Part shown: positions 1 to 9,231 of the stretch, one piece after another
Layout: the number at the start of each line of letters is the position of its first letter
How positions within the stretch are numbered: the first letter of the stretch is position 1
Source of the DNA: Promethearchaeota archaeon
GTDB lineage: Archaea > Asgardarchaeota > Lokiarchaeia > Sigyniarchaeales > SOKP01
Direction: 5' to 3'
DNA: 42,544 nucleotides
Assembly: GCA_019894975.1 (NCBI GenBank)
Contig: JAGXNO010000035.1
Span: 1 to 42,544, forward strand
Notes under the pieces: model-generated
The model's database searches: none
What the model was told of the DNA's origin: nothing
What the model saw: the letters and a program-made list of their open reading frames with translations, nothing else
Program-made: the position numbers and the translations under genes

Positions 1-88
<88 letters not shown>

Positions 89-160
89 TTTTTAATTTCT
101 AAACAAAAATTTCTTAAATGGAAGTTCTTCTTAAACTTTCTTCCCTTATTTTTTAAATGT

Positions 161-265
161 GGGCCTGTAGATCAGTGGAAGATCATTATCTTGCACTTAG
201 TAAGGTAAATTTAAGCTTGACTTGCACTCAAGAGGTCACGGGTTCAAATCCCGTCAGGTCCACCA
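161..265 (+). tRNA. tRNA-Ala(UGC) with a 30-nt intron at about position 25/26 (185-214); CCA encoded
   Basis: Acceptor GGGCCTG/CAGGTCC, D stem GATC/GATC, anticodon arm CTTGA-CTTGCAC-TCAAG, T arm ACGGG-TTCAAAT-CCCGT; insert folds TTATCTTGC/GTAAGGTAA with a relaxed BHB. Confidence 0.95.
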
Positions 266-422
266 ATAAGTATATCAAAATGAGTATTAAAATATTAACA
301 ATTCTTTATATCCTATTATTACATGCAACTTTCATTTCAGAAAGAGAAGTTATAAAAAGTGAATTTATTGTAGCTTGAAAATAAGAAATTTTTTAATTTT
401 GTTTTTAATATTCAATATTAAT

Positions 423-578
423 ATGAAATTTTATTTTTCACATCTATTGTTGGTATTATTTCTTTTTCAAACTACAGATGAGCTAGAAGTTTTTAATTTC
501 ATCTTAGTTTTTTTGGGCGTCATTCTTTTAATTATCATTTTAGTTTATATTCTGATAACTTCAAAACAAGAAAAATGA
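423..578 (+). CDS. putative small membrane protein (start may be 375 TTG or 423 ATG)
   Basis: Hydrophobic stretch FILVFLGVILLIIILVYILI followed by a short charged tail; no recognisable family. Confidence 0.4.
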   Translation: MKFYFSHLLLVLFLFQTTDELEVFNFILVFLGVILLIIILVYILITSKQEK

Positions 579-587
579 GTTGCCGCT

Positions 588-1811
588 TTATTTACTGCTA
601 GAAGTCACAACTTTAATAATATTTTTATCCTGTAATTCATAGTTTTCTCCTAATCGCTTTTTAGTTCTAGCGTCAATTCCAAACATAAAGTTTTCTGCGA
701 TTTCACTATGGATTTTATCTCTTACAAATTCTCTTAAACGAGTACCTTTTTTTATAAGAAAGGCATCAGGTAGGATATTGCCTTTATTATCCGCAAAAGA
801 ATTAATATCTGAAACAGGATAAACACAAATTTGATTAGCAATATTATTAGCTGCATAATTGAGTATATTTTGAATACCTGTACCCTTATACAGGCTTAAA
901 ATTTTTAACTTAATTTTATTTAGTGTTTCTCTTTCATTTGAAGTTAATTTTTTTTCTTGAATTATTTCAAAACTCATTGAACCAGGAAGATATTCGATTA
1001 TTCCATCTTCATGATATTTTCTCAACAGTAATTCTGCTAATGCACTACAAGGGAGAATCGGACCGTCATATCTGTTTTCTAATGATTTTAAATTTTGATC
1101 ACTTATTTCTTTATCAATTTTGTTTGCTACAATCAATATCGGTTTAGATATTTGCCTTAAGACTTTAGAAAATTTTAACGTGTCTTGATCAGTCCACTCG
1201 GAAGGATTTTTATTATCGAGATTTGAACTTTTTAATGATTGAATTATTTGCATCTTATTTATTTGCATTCCTGATAGTCTTTCATATAATGCTTCTACTA
1301 CTTTTCTTCTTTCAGTTGTAATAGTTTTTGCGAATTTGCTCCAATCTTCTCGTGCTATGATATCTTTAAACCATAAATTTATTTCTTCTTCTAAGAACAA
1401 AATATCCTCATATGGATCATTATTACCCATCGATACAAGATTCCCAGATTTATCAAGGGATCCAGAAATGTCAACAATATGTAAAAGCACATCTGCTTTT
1501 ACTAAATCGTTTAAGAACTTATTTCCTAGCCCCTTACCTTTATGAGCATCAGGAACTAAACCCGCAACATCTAACATATTAATTGGTATAAATCGGAAAC
1601 CATCTAAACATATAGAATTTTTTGGATTATCTTCAACCTTTAATTCCTTGCAAACACACTCAGTTTTTACATAAGCAACTCCCTTATTAGGATCAATTGT
1701 TGTAAAAGGTAATTCACTAACCTTAGCATTTGTTAGGCAGGCAGCGTTTAAAAAAGTAGTTTTTCCACTACTAGGTTTCCCTATTATTCCTATAATAAAT
1801 GTCATATACAT
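588..1811 (-). CDS. ychF: Obg-family YchF-like ATPase/GTPase (archaeal type)
   Basis: GKPSSGKT, PFTTIDPN, DVAGLVPDAHKGKGLGNKFL, ANKID motifs; C-terminal TGS-like region. Confidence 0.93.
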   Translation of the reverse strand: MYMTFIIGIIGKPSSGKTTFLNAACLTNAKVSELPFTTIDPNKGVAYVKTECVCKELKVEDNPKNSICLDGFRFIPINMLDVAGLVPDAHKGKGLGNKFLNDLVKADVLLHIVDISGSLDKSGNLVSMGNNDPYEDILFLEEEINLWFKDIIAREDWSKFAKTITTERRKVVEALYERLSGMQINKMQIIQSLKSSNLDNKNPSEWTDQDTLKFSKVLRQISKPILIVANKIDKEISDQNLKSLENRYDGPILPCSALAELLLRKYHEDGIIEYLPGSMSFEIIQEKKLTSNERETLNKIKLKILSLYKGTGIQNILNYAANNIANQICVYPVSDINSFADNKGNILPDAFLIKKGTRLREFVRDKIHSEIAENFMFGIDARTKKRLGENYELQDKNIIKVVTSSSK

Positions 1812-1834
1812 ATTGAATTTCTATTTCTTATTAT

Positions 1835-3610
1835 TTATTCCTTTTCATTTTGTATCTTATGCAATTCAGCTAGGTAGTTCTTTAAATTTTCATACGCCTT
1901 CTCTTCTAAATCTGATTTTGAAGAACTATCTACTACTTGAAATTGAGTATCTGAAGGGTGGTCTTCTGGTAAAAGCTTTTTTATATTATTCTTCTGGGAT
2001 TTTTTCTTATTATCGAAATTTTTTGAAAAAAACGATCTTATTTTATTGATCCATTTTTTAAAGTAGCGAGATAAAGATTTTTCTTTGTTTTTAAGGAATA
2101 ATATTTGCTCTTTCTCACATCTTTCTAAGATTCTTTTATTGGTTTTTTCTATTTCAGAAAAGTGCAATGACTCATTTTTAATATAGGGAACTTTTAGTAA
2201 AAAGGGTTCTTTAATTGAATTTACTCTTATAATTGACTGTCCTTCCTCTAAAATTGATAAATAATGTCTATTCTCAACATCAAGGTTCAATAATTCACAC
2301 ATAATATCTTTTTCTAGATGATTCTTGAAAGTTAAAACAATCCCGTTATTAGCTAGAATTTCTTTACTTATATCTGGTCGAGTTGCTAAAGTAATTAAAC
2401 ATTCACCCGTTCCTCTTTGTAGTAAAGCAATATCTTCTAAATAAGTAGTTAACTTGTTCTTTTTCACTAAGCCTTGAGGAGCAAAATATTGAGCATCTTC
2501 AATTATCGTTAGATGTTTAATACCGCTAAAATTAAACGCTCCCGTCATTAAATTTTTATCCCATAAATATTTGAGGATCATATTTAGAAAGAAAAGAGCA
2601 TCTTCCTTTTCACCGCCTAAACGGATGATAGAGCTCAAATCTAGGAGGACTCTGCTATTAAATAACTCTTGCATATTGAAGCTATTACTATCTTCGAATA
2701 AAGCTTTTAAAGGTCCTTTTGAAAATCTTCTAATTCGATTTTTAATACTAATAAGGGTTTGGCTTAACATGGGAATACTCATTTTATTTTCCCTAAGATA
2801 TTTTTCGCAAAAATACTCAAACCCCTGCCAATTTTGGTGTTGTTCATTTTTACACGTTTCAGTTAAGATTTCAACAAGGACTTTTTCCATTTGTGGGCTA
2901 AACTCACTACTATCATCTAATAATTTACCACTTTTTAAAATATCAAAAATCCGTTCGGCATGAATAATTGGATTAGCTTTTCCAGGATTAAATATATTTA
3001 TTGAAAAATTTTCCCCAGGCCAAAAAATGAGTAAATCTTCAATCTTTTTTTGAAGGAAATGGTATTCACCCTTAAATTCTACCAGAAAGAAAGGAATTTT
3101 AGATGTTTTAGAAAAATTCATTAAAAAATTTTGGAGAAAGTTACTTTTCCCTGTTCCTGTAGCTCCACATACAAACATGTGTTTCTCAAGATCTTTGAGA
3201 GATAAATAAAACTTTTGTCTTCTAAATTTACCCTTTAAAACTCTTCCTATGGTAAATTTACCCTTTCTGGAACTTATTCGGGAAGGAGTTCTCAAGGATA
3301 TTATACTATCATCATCTTGAAAATAAACTAATAAATTTAAAATGATAGAAATGGCATAGAATATATTCGATAAATTGAATAAGACAGTGGGAATAATCAC
3401 ATCATGATTAATTTCTAAAAATAGGTGTGAATCATTTTCAGTAAAATAAGGTAAATTTATGATAAGAAATACTGTTGAAATAAGAATTAAAAAGAAGATC
3501 AATAATTTATTTCTTAGCAAACTGTAAATTGTTTCTTTATGTAAATAGAATATAGTATTGATAATGAGACTAAGAGTACATATACCGAAAAATAGTAAAA
3601 AGGTTATCAT
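1835..3610 (-). CDS. membrane-anchored HerA/VirB4-like (DUF87) P-loop ATPase
   Basis: Three N-terminal hydrophobic segments; KHMFVCGATGTGKS Walker A, VEFKGEY, INIFNP, LTIIEDAQ Walker B. Confidence 0.8.
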   Translation of the reverse strand: MITFLLFFGICTLSLIINTIFYLHKETIYSLLRNKLLIFFLILISTVFLIINLPYFTENDSHLFLEINHDVIIPTVLFNLSNIFYAISIILNLLVYFQDDDSIISLRTPSRISSRKGKFTIGRVLKGKFRRQKFYLSLKDLEKHMFVCGATGTGKSNFLQNFLMNFSKTSKIPFFLVEFKGEYHFLQKKIEDLLIFWPGENFSINIFNPGKANPIIHAERIFDILKSGKLLDDSSEFSPQMEKVLVEILTETCKNEQHQNWQGFEYFCEKYLRENKMSIPMLSQTLISIKNRIRRFSKGPLKALFEDSNSFNMQELFNSRVLLDLSSIIRLGGEKEDALFFLNMILKYLWDKNLMTGAFNFSGIKHLTIIEDAQYFAPQGLVKKNKLTTYLEDIALLQRGTGECLITLATRPDISKEILANNGIVLTFKNHLEKDIMCELLNLDVENRHYLSILEEGQSIIRVNSIKEPFLLKVPYIKNESLHFSEIEKTNKRILERCEKEQILFLKNKEKSLSRYFKKWINKIRSFFSKNFDNKKKSQKNNIKKLLPEDHPSDTQFQVVDSSSKSDLEEKAYENLKNYLAELHKIQNEKE

Positions 3611-3891
3611 AATGGTTGAATATTTATACTTTCATATGGTGGTAATTTTAAAAACAGCAATAATTTTTTATTCAATTAAAAGTCTTGATCTTTTACATAT
3701 AAGTTGGAAATAGTGTTTTTTACTATAGAAGTCCAGTTTCTCAACAGGTTTTAATTCAGTTTTATTTCTAATTTGAAAATAGAGAAAATTAATGGTAATT
3801 TTATCAATATTTCGTAAACTTTTTTAATTTTATGACTTAGAGATCTATATAAATAAAAGTTTTAACTTAAGAATTAAAAAGTGAAAATAAA

Positions 3892-5496
3892 ATGGCACAA
3901 TTATCTGGCGTCCCCATCATTATTTTAAAAGAAGGGACTGAAAGAAAACAAGGAAAAGATGCTCAAAGAAACAATATTGCTGCCGCAAAAGCGGTCGCTG
4001 AAGCTGTTAGAAGCACTCTCGGACCAAAAGGAATGGATAAAATGCTTGTTGATTCTTTAGGAGATGTAACGATTACAAATGATGGGGCAACCATATTAGA
4101 CACTATTGATGTTGAGCACCCCGCTGCAAAAATGATAGTTGAAGTTGCGAAAACTCAAGATGCTAAAGTTGGAGATGGGACAACTACAAGCGTTATCATT
4201 TCTGGTGAATTATTAAACCTTGCAGAAGAGTTGATGGAGCAGTCAGTACACCCGACAATAATATTTCGAGGGTATCGAAAAGCTTTATTCAAAAGTAAAG
4301 AATTATTACAATCCTTAGCGACAAAGATCGATTCCAATGATAAAGAAACTCTAATGAAAGTAGCAGAGACTTCAATGAACAGCAAACTTAGTACTGGGGT
4401 AAAGAGTCATTTTGCGAAAATAGCTGTCAGAGCTGTAGGTCAAATTAAAGAAGAGCGTGGCGATAATGTATTAATTGATTTGGACCAAATTCAAGTCATT
4501 AAAAAAGAAGGAAAAAGTCTTTTAGATACTAATATTATTGATGGAATTATAGTTGATAAAGAAGTAGTTCATCCTATGATGCCAAAATTAATAAAAGACG
4601 CAAAAATTGCATTAATTAATTCCTCGTTGGAAGTTGAAAAAACAGAATTCGATGCTGAAATTAGAATTCAGACCCCTGACCAAATAAATAAATTTCTTGA
4701 AGAAGAAGCGAATATGTTAAGAAATCGTGTGTTGAAACTAAAAGAACTTGGCGCAAATGTTGTATTTTGTCAAAAGGGTGTTGATGATAAAGCTCAAAAC
4801 TTTCTTGCACAGGAAAATATAATAACCGTACGAAGAGTAAAAAGATCTGATATGGAAAAACTAGCAAGAGCAACTAATGCGAAAATTATTAATAACATCT
4901 TCGAAGTTACATCAGAAGACATAGGAAAAGCAGGTAAAGTAGAAGAAAAGAAGATAGGGGATGATAATATGATTTTTGTATCAGAATGCGCAGATCCAAA
5001 AGCAGTGAGCATACTTATCAGAGCAGGAATCGAACATGTCGTTGATGAAGCAGAAAGAATGCTACATGATGCTTTATCCGTCGTTAAGGCAGCAATAGAA
5101 CTTCCTTATATTTTACCTGGTGGCGGAGCATCTGAAATAGAATTAGCAAAACAATTAAAAGCTTACGCAAGATCAATTGGTGGAAGAGAACAATTAGCAA
5201 TAGAAGTATATGCTAATGCTTTAGAGATAATCCCCAAAACTCTGGTTGAGAATGCAGGTTATAATCCTGTTGATTTAATTGTTGAGTTGAGATCAAAACA
5301 CGAAACTGAGGGTGGTAAGTCGATTGGCATAAATATTGATACGGGAAAACCTGATAATATGGTAACACTTGGTGTTCTTGAACCACTCTCAGTATTAACC
5401 CAAGCTATTCAATCTGCAACTGAAGTATCATCTATGATTCTCAAAATCGATGATGTAATAGCAGCCTCAACCTTATCTAAAGGTGGAGAAGACTAA
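3892..5496 (+). CDS. ths: thermosome (group II chaperonin) subunit
   Basis: [34 protein letters not shown] motifs. Confidence 0.98.
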   Translation: MAQLSGVPIIILKEGTERKQGKDAQRNNIAAAKAVAEAVRSTLGPKGMDKMLVDSLGDVTITNDGATILDTIDVEHPAAKMIVEVAKTQDAKVGDGTTTSVIISGELLNLAEELMEQSVHPTIIFRGYRKALFKSKELLQSLATKIDSNDKETLMKVAETSMNSKLSTGVKSHFAKIAVRAVGQIKEERGDNVLIDLDQIQVIKKEGKSLLDTNIIDGIIVDKEVVHPMMPKLIKDAKIALINSSLEVEKTEFDAEIRIQTPDQINKFLEEEANMLRNRVLKLKELGANVVFCQKGVDDKAQNFLAQENIITVRRVKRSDMEKLARATNAKIINNIFEVTSEDIGKAGKVEEKKIGDDNMIFVSECADPKAVSILIRAGIEHVVDEAERMLHDALSVVKAAIELPYILPGGGASEIELAKQLKAYARSIGGREQLAIEVYANALEIIPKTLVENAGYNPVDLIVELRSKHETEGGKSIGINIDTGKPDNMVTLGVLEPLSVLTQAIQSATEVSSMILKIDDVIAASTLSKGGED

Positions 5497-5499
5497 ACC

Positions 5500-5528
5500 T
5501 TTTTTTTATTATTTTTTCTAATTTTTTA
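5500..5528. terminator. oligo-T tract between convergent ths and tsr3
   Basis: T-rich run directly after the thermosome stop; typical archaeal intrinsic terminator. Confidence 0.5.
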
Positions 5529-5990
5529 TTAAAATTTATTTAACTCTTTAAATTGAATTCCCCAAGAAAATTTTGAGAGGATTAAATCTCCGAGATCATT
5601 AAATTCTGTAATATATAATGCAGCAGCTAGAGCTTCAACAGAACTTAACTTTTCCCATTTTCCATAATTCACGGGATTGGCTGCTATTAAGGAAGGTAAT
5701 TTTCTATAATTCCCTGGTCCTATTTCTGATAATTTCAGTAATTTCTTCCAAGAACAATCAATTACTACTAATCCATATTTTATTATTAATTCTTTATCGT
5801 TTATAGAAATCGTCTTTTGAGCAATTGGGTTTAAGATAATTGAATTTTTTAAATAACCTTTGATAGTATTAATAGTTTTTAGAAGATTAAATTTTTTTAA
5901 TTTAAGTGAAGTACATTTTTTTGGATCACATTCATTATAATGAAGACAGTATAATCTTGGTACTAACATATTTGAATTGCTACTTGGCAT
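5529..5990 (-). CDS. tsr3: 16S rRNA aminocarboxypropyltransferase Tsr3
   Basis: CDPKKCTSLKL, VIDCSW, LIAANPVNYGK, LSSVEALAAALYI, FSWG. Confidence 0.95.
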   Translation of the reverse strand: MPSSNSNMLVPRLYCLHYNECDPKKCTSLKLKKFNLLKTINTIKGYLKNSIILNPIAQKTISINDKELIIKYGLVVIDCSWKKLLKLSEIGPGNYRKLPSLIAANPVNYGKWEKLSSVEALAAALYITEFNDLGDLILSKFSWGIQFKELNKF

Positions 5991-6052
5991 AATTTTATGT
6001 ATAAGAAATAATTCATTTATAATATCTACTTTGAAAAGTTTCCTTGCTTCAA

Positions 6053-7051
6053 TTATTCGTATTTAAAGCTAGTTAGGACATTAACTGATTTAATAAAGTT
6101 TTCTGTAATTTGTTCCGCCCCCAGTATTTGCATTATGGAATAAATAATATTTCTTGACTCGCAAATAACTGGAATTCCTCCATATGTTAGTGAAAAAAGT
6201 CCAATAAAAGAAATATCGTCAATATTCGAGGAATCATCAATATTTGAGTATTTCATTCTCCCAGAAGGACAGGCGATTAACCCATAAAATTGTTCAGCAT
6301 TCGCACCAGAAATAGCTACATAACACAAAAGGTCTCCTATTGAACTACCTGCAGATTCTTCTTTCATTTTTTGAAATGCTACGTGAGCATTTGCAGAAAA
6401 AGCTTCGATTGAAATTGGTAGATTTTGACCACTAACATCCCTAGCATCAATCGTGAGTCCAGATGGACTTACAAGTGCATATCTTATGAATACTGGATTT
6501 TGAAGAGAATCTAAAACTTTACTTATCCTAGGGAGTAAACTAGTTTGTTCAAGATTTTCAGGTGTATACGAAACAAAGGGAACTTCGGAACCCATTCCAA
6601 AAAGGTACATTGCACTCCTAACTTTATCGCAGAAATTCTCAATTTCGGCTTCAGGTTCATCTCCACTACCAAAAAATTCTCCTAATTTTTTTTTTAAGTA
6701 ATACATTGAAGTTGCAAGATTATCAGCATCTAATGGCCATTCCTTATGATAATCATGTACTATCGTTAAAAGAGTATCATTAATTCTGATTGTGATCAAA
6801 CATACCTTATCAAAATATGTAAAAGAAATTACTTGATCTTTAATATTTAAATCTTCCCAATTTTCTTCACTCGCGGTAAAAGCTGCTGATGCAAGACTAG
6901 TAATTTGATTTGGATTTAAATCTATATCACTTTTTCTCCCAATTTTTGCAATGGAAAGACCATTTTGATCGCAAAGAAGTACTAAAACAGTACCTTCTGA
7001 TGCACGCAATATTGACGTTAAATGTTTTATTAAAGAATCTCTTACACTCAT
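6053..7051 (-). CDS. tandem roadblock/LC7-domain protein
   Basis: Two roadblock-like units: LLCDQNGLSI..ITSLASAAF and YALVSPSGLTI..EAFSANAHVAF. Confidence 0.7.
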   Translation of the reverse strand: MSVRDSLIKHLTSILRASEGTVLVLLCDQNGLSIAKIGRKSDIDLNPNQITSLASAAFTASEENWEDLNIKDQVISFTYFDKVCLITIRINDTLLTIVHDYHKEWPLDADNLATSMYYLKKKLGEFFGSGDEPEAEIENFCDKVRSAMYLFGMGSEVPFVSYTPENLEQTSLLPRISKVLDSLQNPVFIRYALVSPSGLTIDARDVSGQNLPISIEAFSANAHVAFQKMKEESAGSSIGDLLCYVAISGANAEQFYGLIACPSGRMKYSNIDDSSNIDDISFIGLFSLTYGGIPVICESRNIIYSIMQILGAEQITENFIKSVNVLTSFKYE

Positions 7052-7227
7052 AAGGAATACCTAACTTTTTTTAGTAATAACTATAAAATTTATTTTACCT
7101 TATATAATATAATTAATTTTTATCATTTATTTGAATCGAATATAAATTTGAATTTTTCTCTAAAAAATTTTTTAATTCTAGATCTTTTTAATTAGTAATT
7201 GTTAGATTTAGTATTTGAATTTTAGTA

Positions 7228-7312
7228 GCGGGAATTGCCAAGTCTGGTCTAAGGCGGTGGACTTAGAATCCATTCTCGTAGGAGTTCGGGAGTTCAAATC
7301 TCCCTTCCCGCA
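7228..7312 (+). tRNA. tRNA-Leu(UAG), intronless
   Basis: GCGGGAA/TTCCCGC acceptor, GTGGA-CTTAGAA-TCCAT anticodon arm, long variable arm, TTCAAAT T loop. Confidence 0.97.
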
Positions 7313-7496
7313 TATTTTTTAAAAGGAGTGAGAAGGCTTTAAATATATAATAAATTTGAATAGACAAATTAATACATATAATCATATTAAAGTCTTAAAG
7401 ATAAAAGAAAAATTTTAATGCATCCAAAATCTACCTTTAATAATAGTTTAGGACTTCTATAACTATTTAAAAAAAACTTGATAAAATAATTACCAT

Positions 7497-7631
7497 GCTC
7501 CTGTAGTGTAGTCCGGCCAATCTTTCACCATATGTAAACGAAAGGGCTTGGCATGCTAGGCTTTCACCCTGGTGACAATACAGCTCGGATCGGTTTGTAT
7601 CATTAACCGGGTTCGAATCCCGGCAGGAGCA
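7497..7631 (+). tRNA. tRNA-Glu(UUC) with two 30-nt introns (21/22: 7521-7550; 48/49: 7577-7606)
   Basis: GCTCCTG/CAGGAGC acceptor, CTAGG-CTTTCAC-CCTGG; BHBs GGCC/GGCT with CTTTC/GAAAG, and GGTG/CATT with ATACAG/TTGTAT. Confidence 0.95.
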
Positions 7632-7772
7632 CCTATTTTCCATATTTATTTTTAATTTTTTCTGAGAGTTTTAATACCAACTGAATCATATAGTCATATT
7701 TTGAAAATCCGTAGGAATTATCTGAAAGAGCTAAGAAATTATTTACTAAATTTTTATAAAAATAAAAAAAGA

Positions 7773-7880
7773 TGGCGCCCCCGGCATGGTTTTCTTCTTG
7801 CTCAGAGATTGAACAAAGAAATCGAACATGCGACCGCTCGGTTAACAGCCGAGTGCTCTACCTAGCTGAGCTACGGAGGC
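7773..7880 (-). tRNA. tRNA-Asn(GUU) with a 31-nt T-loop intron (about 59/60: 7790-7820); CCA encoded
   Basis: Minus strand GCCTCCG/CGGGGGC, CTCGG-CTGTTAA-CCGAG, GCATG/CATGC T stem interrupted by a hairpin insert. Confidence 0.95.
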
Positions 7881-7985
7881 TTTATAATAACTTTTATTTA
7901 TATATTATTTTATTAAATATAATATTTAGCTTTTACTCTATCAATTGAAACCTAACCTACTAGTAAATAGCTAATTTCTGAATTT

Positions 7986-8510
7986 TCAACTTTGAGTCGC
8001 ATAATATATTAGCCATTTTGCCATGGCTTGAAAAGATTCGTTTATGTTTAAATCCTCTTTTGATGAGCAAAAAACACATTGGTTACATTTTGCTCTATCA
8101 GCATAATCATTAGCAACATCAGACTCTACTTCATGATTCTCTAAATCCCATTTCATCCCCATTAAAATAATTGGGACAAATCCCGCTTTTTGACGGATAA
8201 TTTTAAGCCATTCTGGAATTTCTCTAAAAGTATCATAATCGCTTATATCAAAACAAATAAAAGCACCACTTGCACCTTTACAATAGTCCGGTAAAAGTTC
8301 ACGAAAACGTTTTTCTCCTGCAAAATCCCATAGTTGCATTTTGACTATTTCTTGTGTGTCAAGAACTTCAGATTTGGTGTGAAATCCTGCTCCAATAGTC
8401 ATTTTATAGCCTTCTTCGAATTTACCTGTACAATATCTTGTAATCATCGCTGTTTTTCCTACCCCACCAGCACCCGCTACAATAACCTTAAATATCCAAG
8501 AACTCTGCAT
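7986..8510 (-). CDS. Rab/Ras-like small GTPase (Asgard type)
   Basis: FKVIVAGAGGVGKT, TIGAGF, LWDFAGEKRF, MKWD, CSSK; no C-terminal prenylation motif. Confidence 0.92.
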   Translation of the reverse strand: MQSSWIFKVIVAGAGGVGKTAMITRYCTGKFEEGYKMTIGAGFHTKSEVLDTQEIVKMQLWDFAGEKRFRELLPDYCKGASGAFICFDISDYDTFREIPEWLKIIRQKAGFVPIILMGMKWDLENHEVESDVANDYADRAKCNQCVFCSSKEDLNINESFQAMAKWLIYYATQS

Positions 8511-8800
8511 TATCGTTTTTCACATAAATATTCCAGTATAAAGAATAAGCCTATTGATAAATAATAAAAATTTTGCTTTAAATATTTTTTTGAAAGATTT
8601 ATTATTTAAAAAGTATAATCGAAAATCTAAGAAGACTAAATCAATAATTCTTGACTATTTTTTTTGGTATGTTCATATTTTCAAATTAAATAATGGTCTT
8701 TTTAAATAAGTATTAAGTCATTGGCTAAAATAAAAAAGATTTTATAAGATTTAATTCTATTATTTTTTAGTACTGAATTTTAAATAGTTTTAAATAAGAA

Positions 8801-8810
8801 AGGTTGTGAT
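8801..8810 (+). promoter_or_regulatory. Shine-Dalgarno-like element of the aIF1 gene
   Basis: AGGTTGTGAT matches AGGAGGTGAT (complement of the 16S tail in this window) at 8 of 10 positions and ends 8 nt before ATT at 8819. Confidence 0.55.
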
Positions 8811-8818
8811 AAGAGAGT

Positions 8819-9139
8819 ATTAAAGACGACGACATTTGTCCATTATGTAGCTTTCCTAAGGAACTCTGTATTTGTGATAGTTTAAGTGCTGACGAACAAC
8901 AAATAATCATCTCTAATGATAGACGAAAATGGGGAAGAATTGTTACTTTAATTACTTTTGTTGGAAATTTTGATGTAAACTTAAAAAATATTTTAACAAA
9001 AGCAAAAAAGAAATGTGCTTCTGGTGGAACCATTAGAGATAACGGAGTTGAACTTCAAGGAGATCATCGCTTTAAGATGAAAAAATTATTAATCGATCTA
9101 GGTTTTCCTGAAGAAAATATACTTATTCAAGGAAATTAA
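8819..9139 (+). CDS. sui1: translation initiation factor aIF1 (SUI1/eIF1 homolog); probable AUU start; absent from the ORF track
   Basis: Manual translation: (I/M)KDDDICPLCSFPKELCICD...DRRKWGRIVTLI...LTKAKKKCASGGTIRDNGVELQGDHR...LGFPEENI; zinc knuckle plus SUI1 signature; in-frame TAA at 8810-8812 upstream. Confidence 0.93.
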   Translation: MKDDDICPLCSFPKELCICDSLSADEQQIIISNDRRKWGRIVTLITFVGNFDVNLKNILTKAKKKCASGGTIRDNGVELQGDHRFKMKKLLIDLGFPEENILIQGN

Positions 9140-9231
9140 TCAATATCTCAAAGTTAAAGCGAAAAAACATTTTTGGATTGGTATTATTATTTAACTATAT
9201 ATCTTTAAAGAAATTCTAATTAACAATTTCT

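Noticed and set aside
157-378. 73-aa ORF
   Set aside because: Overlaps tRNA-Ala; chance frame
7228-7880. tRNA cluster as an integration site
   Set aside because: No integrase and no duplicated tRNA 3' end noticed in the window
8767-9033. 88-aa minus-strand ORF
   Set aside because: Antisense shadow of the aIF1 gene
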